From Candidatus Thalassarchaeum sp. (GTDB lineage: Archaea > Thermoplasmatota > Poseidoniia > Poseidoniales > Thalassarchaeaceae): 64,000 bases of DNA. The first letter of the stretch is position 1. Each line of letters begins with the position of its first letter. The notes below the pieces were generated by a model, which did no database searches, was not told where the DNA came from, and saw only the letters and a list, made by a program, of their open reading frames with translations. Positions 26,046-34,422 of the stretch are shown piece after piece. The DNA lies in NCBI GenBank assembly GCA_016777225.1, contig JADHRW010000007.1, positions 5,798 to 69,797 on the forward strand, written 5' to 3'. Made by a program: the position numbers and the translations under genes.

Positions 26046-27338
26046 CTATCGTGAAATGAATTTTTCTAGTTCTTCACATAGATCAGATTCATTATCTAAT
26101 ACTTGGAAACTACCATCTGAATAAACTAACCTAGCCCGAGGAGATTCTGGTTCACCAATTTGTTCTAACAAATTAGCCACAACTGCATCAACACCATATT
26201 TAGAAATTTGATCAAGTGATTTCTTAATTAACTGCTCTTCAGATACATTTGTTTCTAATTTGAAACCAATTCTTATACATTCGCCTACATGTTCAGATAG
26301 TTCAGAGATATGCTTTGTAGTCGGTTTTAGTTCAATATTCCAACTTTCTTGACCACTGGGGCGCTTTCCAACCTCTGCATTCATTGAATAATCTAATACT
26401 GCTGCAGCATGTATCCAAACATCTGGCTTGGATTCTGCGTTGGCCATATCTATCGATTGCAGCAACATTTCTTCTGGGGACCCTGCACGAATAATATTTG
26501 GAAGTTTGAAAGAAGAAGAGGCTGAAGTTTTTCCAACTATACAGTGAACATCATGACCTTTCATGAAGAGATATTCTGCTATAGCCCAACCAGTCTTACC
26601 AGAAGAAGCGTTTTGAATTGCTCGAACAGAATCGATAGGAGCTCTTGTAGCACCAAGAGTAATTGCAATTTTCTTTCTATTAGGCAAGTAAGAATTAGAG
26701 ATATTAGCCAATTTAGCAACTATTTCTGCAGGAGAAGGTTGTTTTCTGCGCCCCTCTTTTACTGAATCAATAATACAGTAATTCCCCTCATTCGAAATTT
26801 TCTTGAGAAGATCTCCAGTTACTGGGTCATCAAATAAATCTTGATGCATTGAAGGAACAAAGACGATTGGAGTACCGTTTCCTCTAGCGGCTGAAAGTGC
26901 CATCATGATAGGAGAATCGATAATTCCATGGATATGTTTGGAAATTGTATTTCTTGTAGCAGGAGCAACAAGAACTGAATCATAACTTTCCAACTGTTGC
27001 ATTTCAGGATTCCAATCAGTTAGTGTTTTTTCGCCAGATGCCCAAGATAAAGCCAAGGGAGAAATGATTTTTTCTGCTTCTTTTGACATCATGATTGTCA
27101 ATTCTGCCTTATGCCTTCTAAGTTGTCTAGAAAGTCTAACGGATTCAACAGCAGCAATGCCTCCAGATACTAAAAAAAGTATCTTCTTACCTTCGAGACT
27201 GGAACCTCGAATTACCACTCCTGTGTCTTTTACCACACACCTCGCAGAGGGGGAGCATTCATGAGTTCGTCGCATCAGTAGATAGACATAGGAGTCCTCT
27301 GGATGTCGAACAAGGTAATGGAAAGTTTGCATAAACAC
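26046..27338 (-). CDS. coaBC: Bifunctional phosphopantothenoylcysteine decarboxylase / synthetase (CoaBC, Dfp)
   Basis: Flavoprotein N-domain 'KKILFLVSGGIAAVESVRL' and a C-terminal CoaB domain ('AITLGATRAPIDSVRAIQNASSGKTG'). The true start is probably downstream of 27338. Confidence 0.85.
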   Translation of the reverse strand: MFMQTFHYLVRHPEDSYVYLLMRRTHECSPSARCVVKDTGVVIRGSSLEGKKILFLVSGGIAAVESVRLSRQLRRHKAELTIMMSKEAEKIISPLALSWASGEKTLTDWNPEMQQLESYDSVLVAPATRNTISKHIHGIIDSPIMMALSAARGNGTPIVFVPSMHQDLFDDPVTGDLLKKISNEGNYCIIDSVKEGRRKQPSPAEIVAKLANISNSYLPNRKKIAITLGATRAPIDSVRAIQNASSGKTGWAIAEYLFMKGHDVHCIVGKTSASSSFKLPNIIRAGSPEEMLLQSIDMANAESKPDVWIHAAAVLDYSMNAEVGKRPSGQESWNIELKPTTKHISELSEHVGECIRIGFKLETNVSEEQLIKKSLDQISKYGVDAVVANLLEQIGEPESPRARLVYSDGSFQVLDNESDLCEELEKFISR

Positions 27339-27821
27339 CTATATAGATTTATGACAGTAGATTTAGTATTAGGAATTTTTATCATTTCTCCACTTTTAGT
27401 AACTCTACCAATTTATTTTAATTTAATCTTATTGCCTCCAATATTTATGGTTGTTTCATTCAAAAACAAAAGGAAAAATGGCGACATATTGGGTATGATA
27501 TTACTTCTAATTTTGTCATTGATATTTTTATTAGTAGGATTACAAGATTTATCTAGAGAAGAAACGATGAGTATTATTCAAGGAATTCTATTACTACTCC
27601 TCTCAGCGTCGACGATTAGAAGAATCAGAACTATACGCAATACAGTATACAAAAATTGGTATAATGATATCAAAGAAAATACTGGCTTGTTTGAGAAACA
27701 ATTAGTTGTGGATGAAGTTTTAGCAACCTGTCCGTCATGTTCCACACTATTAGCAGTAATACCAAGTAAACTCTCTGAAGATGATAAATGTCCAAATTGT
27801 GGAGAGAATTTAGTCAATTGA
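27303..27821 (+). CDS. Hypothetical membrane protein with C-terminal zinc ribbon
   Basis: Four hydrophobic helices, then 'CPSCSTLL...CPNCGENL'. The likely start is the internal M17 (27351). Confidence 0.45.
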   Translation: MSNKVMESLHKHLYRFMTVDLVLGIFIISPLLVTLPIYFNLILLPPIFMVVSFKNKRKNGDILGMILLLILSLIFLLVGLQDLSREETMSIIQGILLLLLSASTIRRIRTIRNTVYKNWYNDIKENTGLFEKQLVVDEVLATCPSCSTLLAVIPSKLSEDDKCPNCGENLVN

Positions 27822-27836
27822 TATACGAAAAGAATT

Positions 27837-29039
27837 TCAAATTTTTTCTAATGCTATAGCGATACCCATGCCGCCACCAATACACATGGTTGCAATAGAA
27901 CGATTTGAATTAGTTGATTGAAGTAAACTTGCGGCCTTACCTGTAATCCGTGCACCAGAAGCGCCTAGTGGGTGACCAATTGCTAATGCACCTCCATGTA
28001 AATTAACTAGTTCTTTACTAATCCCTAGATCTTCCATAACTGCTAAACTTTGACTGGAAAAAGCTTCATTCAATTCAAAGATATCGACGTCTTTAATATC
28101 CCAATTTGCTCTTTCAAGAACTTTTTTTGTAGCTTCGATTGGTCCAATACCCATTATATTAGGTGCACAACCAGTTACTGCACCAGCAACAATTCTTGCA
28201 ATAGGATTCAAATCATTCGCCTCTGCAAATTCTTCACTGCACACTATCATGAATACAGCGCCATCAGTTAGGGGAGAGGAAGTTGCTGCAGTTACCACAC
28301 CATCATCTCCAAAAGCAGGTTTTAATCGAGCCATTGATTCCATAGTAGTATTACCTCGAATACATCCGTCTTGGCTAATAATACCATCATCAGTTTGTAT
28401 ACTTACGATTTCATCTTCTAGTAAACCGTTTAATTGAGCAGATGCTGCTTTTTGATGAGAAGAAAGAGCGAACTCTTCATGTTCAATACGTGTTTGTTGC
28501 CATGCCTTAGCAACATTCTCTGCAGTAATTCCCATACCCATGTAAGCATCAGGGAATTTCGCATCTAATACAGGAGATGGGCTCCAGTTGAAACCGCGTC
28601 TTTGAACACGACTCATAGATTCAACACCACCTACTAAGATGCATTCACCCCAACCAACTTCTATGTGTGCAGCGGCAGAAAGAATTGCCTGCATAGATGA
28701 ACCACAGAGTCTGTTTATTGTGGTTCCAGGGACCGTATCTGGCAAGTTTCCAAGAAATGTCAATAATCGTCCCATGTTGTAACCTTGCTCTCCTTCAGGA
28801 TAAGCACAACCAACGATTAAATCATCAATCATTGAACTAGATATATTATTTCTTTTCATCAACTCTATAATCACCTGACCTGCTAACTCATCAGGTCGTA
28901 TATTTGCTAATTTACCCCTATGAGCTCTATGAAATGGAGACCTGAGCCAATCAACAATTACTGCTTTCATGTGCAAGGGGACACGCCATAGAACATAATA
29001 ATTGGCAAAGTTATTGATAATATTATCAGACCATATCAA
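27837..29039 (-). CDS. 3-ketoacyl-CoA / acetyl-CoA thiolase (FadA-like, thiolase II fold)
   Basis: Nucleophile motif 'NRLCGSSMQAI', 'GHPLGASGARI' and C-terminal 'CIGGGMGIA'. The likely start is the internal MKAVIVDW. Confidence 0.85.
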   Translation of the reverse strand: MIWSDNIINNFANYYVLWRVPLHMKAVIVDWLRSPFHRAHRGKLANIRPDELAGQVIIELMKRNNISSSMIDDLIVGCAYPEGEQGYNMGRLLTFLGNLPDTVPGTTINRLCGSSMQAILSAAAHIEVGWGECILVGGVESMSRVQRRGFNWSPSPVLDAKFPDAYMGMGITAENVAKAWQQTRIEHEEFALSSHQKAASAQLNGLLEDEIVSIQTDDGIISQDGCIRGNTTMESMARLKPAFGDDGVVTAATSSPLTDGAVFMIVCSEEFAEANDLNPIARIVAGAVTGCAPNIMGIGPIEATKKVLERANWDIKDVDIFELNEAFSSQSLAVMEDLGISKELVNLHGGALAIGHPLGASGARITGKAASLLQSTNSNRSIATMCIGGGMGIAIALEKI

Positions 29040-29041
29040 CC

Positions 29042-29779
29042 GTGAGGTTCTTGAACAAAATTAAACTCGAAGCATCTGATAATATGATTAGAGAATGCTC
29101 AAGACACGGATATTACTCCGATGACAACCTATGTCCAGCATGTAATGAAGAAGGTAAATTTATACTAAGATCTAGAGAAAGAGATAGTCTAGCTCGTAGA
29201 CTTGCATTGATTTTAAGGCATGCTCCAGAGAAATTTGATCTAGAGATGGATATCAATGGATGGGTAGATGTTAAGGATATAATTAGCCGATTCAAAAAAC
29301 AAGATGAAAGAAGATACCATTGGCTAAGACCTCATCACTTTAGGGCTGTTTCAGAAACTGATGGAAAAGGAAGATACGAAGTCAGAGGTAATATGATTAG
29401 AGCAACTTATGGCCATACACTAGAGATTGAACTTGATTTACCAACAGAGAATATACCAACTTCACTGTTCTATCCATGTAATCCTGATGAAGCTGAAAAC
29501 TTACTTGAGGTAGGAATTTCGCCGAGCGGAAGAGCACATGTGCACTTATCCTCAAGCATTAGATCAGCAGCAGAAGCAGGAAAAGTCCACTATAATTTAC
29601 CAACAATATTAGAGATTGACACAGCAAGAATGGTTGCAGACGGAGAAACTATCTGGCATGCTGGAGTAACTGTATATCTTGTTGAGTCTGTTGATTCTGG
29701 ATATCTAACTAAAATAGAAAATGACCACCCCGAATATGAAGTTGCAAGGGCAAGATGGGTCGTTGACGAAGAAGAATAA
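29042..29779 (+). CDS. kptA: RNA 2'-phosphotransferase (KptA/Tpt1) with N-terminal zinc ribbon
   Basis: 'LALILRHAPEKFDLEMDINGWVDVKDII' and 'HVHLSSS' are typical of Tpt1. The N-terminus has 'CSRHG...CPACNEEG'. The likely start is the ATG at 29084. Confidence 0.75.
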   Translation: MRFLNKIKLEASDNMIRECSRHGYYSDDNLCPACNEEGKFILRSRERDSLARRLALILRHAPEKFDLEMDINGWVDVKDIISRFKKQDERRYHWLRPHHFRAVSETDGKGRYEVRGNMIRATYGHTLEIELDLPTENIPTSLFYPCNPDEAENLLEVGISPSGRAHVHLSSSIRSAAEAGKVHYNLPTILEIDTARMVADGETIWHAGVTVYLVESVDSGYLTKIENDHPEYEVARARWVVDEEE

Positions 29780-30100
29780 TTAGAGAAATTCACCACAACT
29801 GGTGCAGAAATCTAATTCAGGAGTAATTGGTTTTTCGCAAGATGAACAAAAGGCACCTGAAGATTCCTTGACTACTTCTTCATCAGATACGACTCTAACA
29901 GAAGATTCTCTTTCAACGAAAGGTGGGGCGATGTCTTGAACAAGAGACATTAGATTTCTAAAATTTATTGCTTCTTGAATTGCTGATTCTAACTGAATCT
30001 GACGCCTTTCTCTCTCCTCTGCATCTTCAATAGACTTCACATCATCTAATTGAGATTGAAGCCATCTCTGAAATTTCTCAATATCGGATTGCTCTGCCAT
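29780..30100 (-). CDS. Hypothetical coiled-coil protein with C-terminal zinc ribbon
   Basis: 106-aa ORF ending 'CSSCEKPITPELDFCTSCGE'. Confidence 0.45.
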   Translation of the reverse strand: MAEQSDIEKFQRWLQSQLDDVKSIEDAEERERRQIQLESAIQEAINFRNLMSLVQDIAPPFVERESSVRVVSDEEVVKESSGAFCSSCEKPITPELDFCTSCGEFL

Positions 30101-30210
30101 AATCTTTCGAATATCGTCTCTGAAATGAACCCATCGTTTAGACTCTCAGCAGAGTCAGATATGAATACAGCAATATGCCAAAGACGATTCGAAGGTAATG
30201 AGGTTATACT

Positions 30211-31005
30211 TTGAGTTATAGTAAAATCGTGATTAAAATGGGTGGAGGCCTAATCACTGATAAAACTCAATTGAAATCAATAAGAGAAAATAATATCAAC
30301 AAAGTATCTAAAATTATAGCTGAAATTTTAGCAGATGGGAATTCTGTAATATTAGTTCATGGCGCAGGATCTTTCGGTCATCTCGAAGCTAAGAAATGGA
30401 AATTAGCCACCGGATTTAATGAAGAAATAATAGATGCGCAAAGAGATGCGGTGAAGAAAGTAAGAAATGATATGATAGAGCTAAATCGATATGTTTTAGA
30501 TAATTTAGAAAGTTTTGGCATGATTTGTGAATCACATCCGCCATCACTATGGGCTGATGGATTAGGTTCAGAGTTTAATGGAGACCTTAGTAGATTTGAA
30601 GTATATAATAATAAAGTGATACCAGTTACTTTCGGTGATGTTGTTAATGTCCATGATAAGAGAGAATTTGGTATATTATCTGGAGATGATTTAATGGTTA
30701 GAATCTGTAATGAGATTCCTGAAATAAGTCATTGCATTTTCCTCTTGGGAGACACAGAAGGGTTGCTAACGAAGCCCCCAAATCAAGAAGGAGCAGAACT
30801 GATACCAATTTGGTCTAATGATCAAGAAATAAGTGGAATTCATGAAAAATCACAAGATGTAACGGGTGGAATTTTCTTGAAAGCAGAAAGTGCTAGTAAG
30901 ATTTGTCAGAATGTATCTAATGTTTGGATGCTTGATGGAAGAAAACCAGAAAGAATGCAGGAACTAATCAAAACAGGTAATACTACCGGTACTAAAGTAA
31001 TTTAA
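30211..31005 (+). CDS. Isopentenyl phosphate kinase (amino-acid-kinase fold)
   Basis: 'IKMGGGLITDK' and 'VILVHGAGSFGH' are IPK/AAK motifs. TTG start. It sits directly upstream of the isoprenoid fusion gene. Confidence 0.75.
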   Translation: MSYSKIVIKMGGGLITDKTQLKSIRENNINKVSKIIAEILADGNSVILVHGAGSFGHLEAKKWKLATGFNEEIIDAQRDAVKKVRNDMIELNRYVLDNLESFGMICESHPPSLWADGLGSEFNGDLSRFEVYNNKVIPVTFGDVVNVHDKREFGILSGDDLMVRICNEIPEISHCIFLLGDTEGLLTKPPNQEGAELIPIWSNDQEISGIHEKSQDVTGGIFLKAESASKICQNVSNVWMLDGRKPERMQELIKTGNTTGTKVI

Positions 31006-31039
31006 TGAAGCATCTATTATATGTAACCGTCTCGGAGAT

Positions 31040-32743
31040 ATGAGACATATGACAGCAGAGATTCCAGATAGTAGTCTAAGCAAGTTAGATTCATCACAAC
31101 TAAAGATGATGGAAGAAATGTGCTTAGTAGTAGATGATAATGATAATGCCATTAGTTCAGCTAGTAAAATCGATTGCCATAGAGGTGGCGGAATTAGACA
31201 TCGAGCGTTTAGTGTACTCATTTTTGATTCAGAGAATAGATTACTAATGCAACAGAGAGCCGAAGAAAAAATAACGTTCCCTGGAATTTGGGCAAATAGT
31301 TGTTGTAGCCATCCACTAGATATCGAATTTGAGAATGGAGATTCGAAAGAAGGAGTCATTCATGCTAGTAAGCGTAAGATGTTTCAAGAACTTGGTATTC
31401 CAATGGAAGTTTCAGAATCATGGGATTATCACCATATCGGGAGATTCGAATATAGTTGTAGATGGGATGATGAGTGGATTGAACATGAAATTGACCATGT
31501 ATTAATAGTCAGAGCTAATGTGGAATTATCAATAAATAAAAATGAAATAAAAGAAACTAAGTGGCTTAATCACAAACAAATCATTGAGATGCTAGGTGGG
31601 GAAAATGAATGGTCGAACATGATTATCGCACCATGGTTTAGAATGATTTGGAAACATTTCATTTCACCTCATTACCCTAATATGGATGATTTAATTAATT
31701 CAAATAATGAAAAAATTGTTAATTGTGGTAGGTTGTCATTGAAAGCTGGGTCTTCAAGTGGAAAGGAATTAAAACAAGCACTTAGTAAACATAAGGATGT
31801 TGTTGAAAAAGAAATAATGACTTCAATGAACAAAATAAAACAAAATAGATTGCATGGTGCAATGACTCACTTATTCGCTGGAGGAGGAAAAAGATACAGA
31901 GCTATCCTACCAAGGCTGGTTGGAGAGGCAACAGGAGCCGCACATGATGGCCACTATACTCTTGGTTCTAGTATAGAAATAATTCATAATTTCACACTAG
32001 TACATGACGATATTATGGATCAAGATCCAATTAGAAGAGGACTGAATGCAGTACATATCGAATATGATGATGCAACTGCAATAAATGCTGGAGATGCAAT
32101 GTTAGCAGTAGGATTTGAAATTCTGGCAGATTCGGAAGAAATTAGTCCAGAAAATTTGAAATTTTTAGTTCAGTCAATTGGTGAGATGGTTAGAAGAGTA
32201 GCTGAAGGGCAACAAGAAGACTTCGACTTTGAACAAAGAGAATATGTAAGTGAAGATGAATACATTGCTATGATAGCTGGAAAAACTAGTGCAATGTTCG
32301 AGACATGTGCTGAAACAGGAGCCAAACTTGCAGGTGCTAGTCCTAAAACTGTAGAAAATATGGCGGATTGGGGGCTCAAATTAGGCCTATGTTTCCAACT
32401 TATGGATGACCTAATAGACATTACTGGAGATACAGAGACTCTGGGTAAGCCCGCAGGATCAGATGTCGTTCAAGGAAAGAAAACATTGATTGCAATTCAT
32501 GCACTAGATAGTGATAATGATCTACCTGCATTTACAAAAGTTTACGGCAAAGGTGAATGCTCAGATAATGATTTGAATGCAGCTGTAAAAGAACTAAGAA
32601 ATAATGGTTCAATTGACTATGCTATGGATAGAGCAATGAGATACCATTCAGAAGCACATCAGATTTTAGATGGACTTGAACCCTCACCTGCATTAGAAGT
32701 TTTAAGACAATTAACTGATATGCAATTAACTAGAATTAATTGA
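31040..32743 (+). CDS. idi: Fusion protein: type-1 isopentenyl-diphosphate isomerase (Nudix-fold IDI) plus (all-E) geranylgeranyl diphosphate synthase
   Basis: Residues ~1-215 carry 'HRAFSVLIFDSENRLLMQQRAEEKITFPGIWANSCCSHPL', 'EHEIDHVL' and 'APWF'. Residues ~245-567 carry 'GGKRYRA', the first Asp-rich motif 'VHDDIMDQD' (32006..) and the second, 'FQLMDDLID'. It is a single uninterrupted ORF with GGAG before the ATG. Confidence 0.8.
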   Translation: MRHMTAEIPDSSLSKLDSSQLKMMEEMCLVVDDNDNAISSASKIDCHRGGGIRHRAFSVLIFDSENRLLMQQRAEEKITFPGIWANSCCSHPLDIEFENGDSKEGVIHASKRKMFQELGIPMEVSESWDYHHIGRFEYSCRWDDEWIEHEIDHVLIVRANVELSINKNEIKETKWLNHKQIIEMLGGENEWSNMIIAPWFRMIWKHFISPHYPNMDDLINSNNEKIVNCGRLSLKAGSSSGKELKQALSKHKDVVEKEIMTSMNKIKQNRLHGAMTHLFAGGGKRYRAILPRLVGEATGAAHDGHYTLGSSIEIIHNFTLVHDDIMDQDPIRRGLNAVHIEYDDATAINAGDAMLAVGFEILADSEEISPENLKFLVQSIGEMVRRVAEGQQEDFDFEQREYVSEDEYIAMIAGKTSAMFETCAETGAKLAGASPKTVENMADWGLKLGLCFQLMDDLIDITGDTETLGKPAGSDVVQGKKTLIAIHALDSDNDLPAFTKVYGKGECSDNDLNAAVKELRNNGSIDYAMDRAMRYHSEAHQILDGLEPSPALEVLRQLTDMQLTRIN

Positions 32744-33356
32744 TACACTTAGCATTTAATTGGCTAATAATATCTCCTTTAGAATCTTTCATCCAAGCAT
32801 TAACTTCGTCGTCTACAAACATTCTTCCAACACCTTTGGGTGTACCAGTCCAGATATAATCACCCGGAGATAAATCATACCATTCGTTAAGATGATTTAA
32901 CAAAGATTCAACATCATGAACCATAAGATTAGTTTTAGCTAATTGTCTGATGTCACCATTTACCGATAAACAGATTTCTAATGTATCAGGATTCCAATCT
33001 GTCCAAGTCCCCAATACTGCCGAACCTCTGAATGATTTTCCCTCAGTCCAAGGCCACCCTTTTTCTTTAGCAAGTCCCTGCCGCGTACGATTAGTTGAAT
33101 CACAACCCACACACATGTATTTTGGCTGTAAATCATCACCCAATTCGATTACTAGTTCAACTTCATGATCTACATGTTCAGAATCACTCATCAACTTAAT
33201 CACATTATTACCATCTTTATCTGAATGCTTATGAGATGTATTCGGCATAATAAAAAAACGTGGATAGTCGGTGACATCTCCTCCAATTTCCTCAGCATGT
33301 TCAACATAATTCCTAAAGCAAGCCCAACCAATAGCCATACTAATGCCAAGGCACAA
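32736..33356 (-). CDS. Fumarylacetoacetate hydrolase (FAH)-family protein
   Basis: 'HEVELVIELG' and 'GDYIWTGTPKGVG' are typical FAH-fold motifs. 206 aa. Confidence 0.7.
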   Translation of the reverse strand: MCLGISMAIGWACFRNYVEHAEEIGGDVTDYPRFFIMPNTSHKHSDKDGNNVIKLMSDSEHVDHEVELVIELGDDLQPKYMCVGCDSTNRTRQGLAKEKGWPWTEGKSFRGSAVLGTWTDWNPDTLEICLSVNGDIRQLAKTNLMVHDVESLLNHLNEWYDLSPGDYIWTGTPKGVGRMFVDDEVNAWMKDSKGDIISQLNAKCIN

Positions 33357-33400
33357 TAGGTATTCAGGGCATCGATAGAGAGATTAAGAATTCAATAGGG

Positions 33401-34402
33401 TTGAAATTAGGTGACCTACTAGTAGTAATGATGGCAGATAACCCGTATGTTGTTTTAGGGGTTCCCAAAGATGCGACTAATGCCGAAATAAAACGGGTTT
33501 ACAGAAAATTAGCACGGCAGTATCATCCTGATAGAAACCCCGGAGATGCTGCTGCTGAAGAAAAATTCAAATCTATACAAGCGGCTTATGATTCAATTGG
33601 AACTGTTGAAGCAAGAAAAGAATATGATAGTCAAGGACGAGTTCAAGATATGTTTGGAAATGGAAATCCATTCTCAAATTTCGGGGGAGGTCGAGGATTC
33701 CCGGGAGGTGGCGACATTGGAGATATATTTTCACAATTTATGGGAGGAAGAAGTCAACAGCAAGGTAATGACTATGGAAATAATAGATCAAGGAAAGAAC
33801 CTGAAAGACCAGTTGAAAATGATAAAGGAAGCGATATTGAGTCAGGATTAGATATTTCTTTAGAAGATGCAATACAAGGTGCTGAAATAAAATTTAGCCA
33901 TAGAAGATTGAGGAAATGTAAAAAGTGTAATGGAAAAACATTTGGAACGACAAAGAATTGTTTTGAATGTAAAGGATTAGGAGTCAGTACTAGAGAATCA
34001 ATAATTACAGTAAAGGTACCTTCAGGAGCTATTCATGGACAACAATTGAGATTAAACAAGATGGGTAACGAACACCCAAATGGAACACCAGGGGACTTGT
34101 TAATCAATATTAGACTGGATGCAGAAGACGGGAGAAGATGGGAAAATGGTAGATTAATTCAAGATGTTGCTATAAATTACAGCACTCTATTGTTAGGGGG
34201 AAAAATACAAATTAAAACTCCAAATAATAATCGAATACAAATTGAAGTACCTCCAAGAAGTAAAATCGGAGATAGAAGAAGACTGAATGGCCAAGGGCAC
34301 GATGGCGGACCATTGGACATAGAATTCTCAATCATTGAACCTGAGAAGTTGACAAAGAAACAACTTGAGGGACTCGAAAAATTGAAAGACCTAGGCTTAT
34401 GA
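33401..34402 (+). CDS. dnaJ: DnaJ-family co-chaperone with reduced zinc-finger region
   Basis: J-domain 'YRKLARQYHPDRNP' and a G/F-rich linker. Only two CxxC motifs are present ('CKKCNGK...CFECKGLG'). The likely start is 33428. Confidence 0.75.
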   Translation: MKLGDLLVVMMADNPYVVLGVPKDATNAEIKRVYRKLARQYHPDRNPGDAAAEEKFKSIQAAYDSIGTVEARKEYDSQGRVQDMFGNGNPFSNFGGGRGFPGGGDIGDIFSQFMGGRSQQQGNDYGNNRSRKEPERPVENDKGSDIESGLDISLEDAIQGAEIKFSHRRLRKCKKCNGKTFGTTKNCFECKGLGVSTRESIITVKVPSGAIHGQQLRLNKMGNEHPNGTPGDLLINIRLDAEDGRRWENGRLIQDVAINYSTLLLGGKIQIKTPNNNRIQIEVPPRSKIGDRRRLNGQGHDGGPLDIEFSIIEPEKLTKKQLEGLEKLKDLGL

Positions 34403-34422
34403 TTGATTACAACTAGTGATAT

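Noticed and set aside
33546-33851. 101-aa alternative-frame ORF inside dnaJ.
   Set aside because: It is on the same strand but out of frame with the J-domain and G/F region, and it has no independent support.
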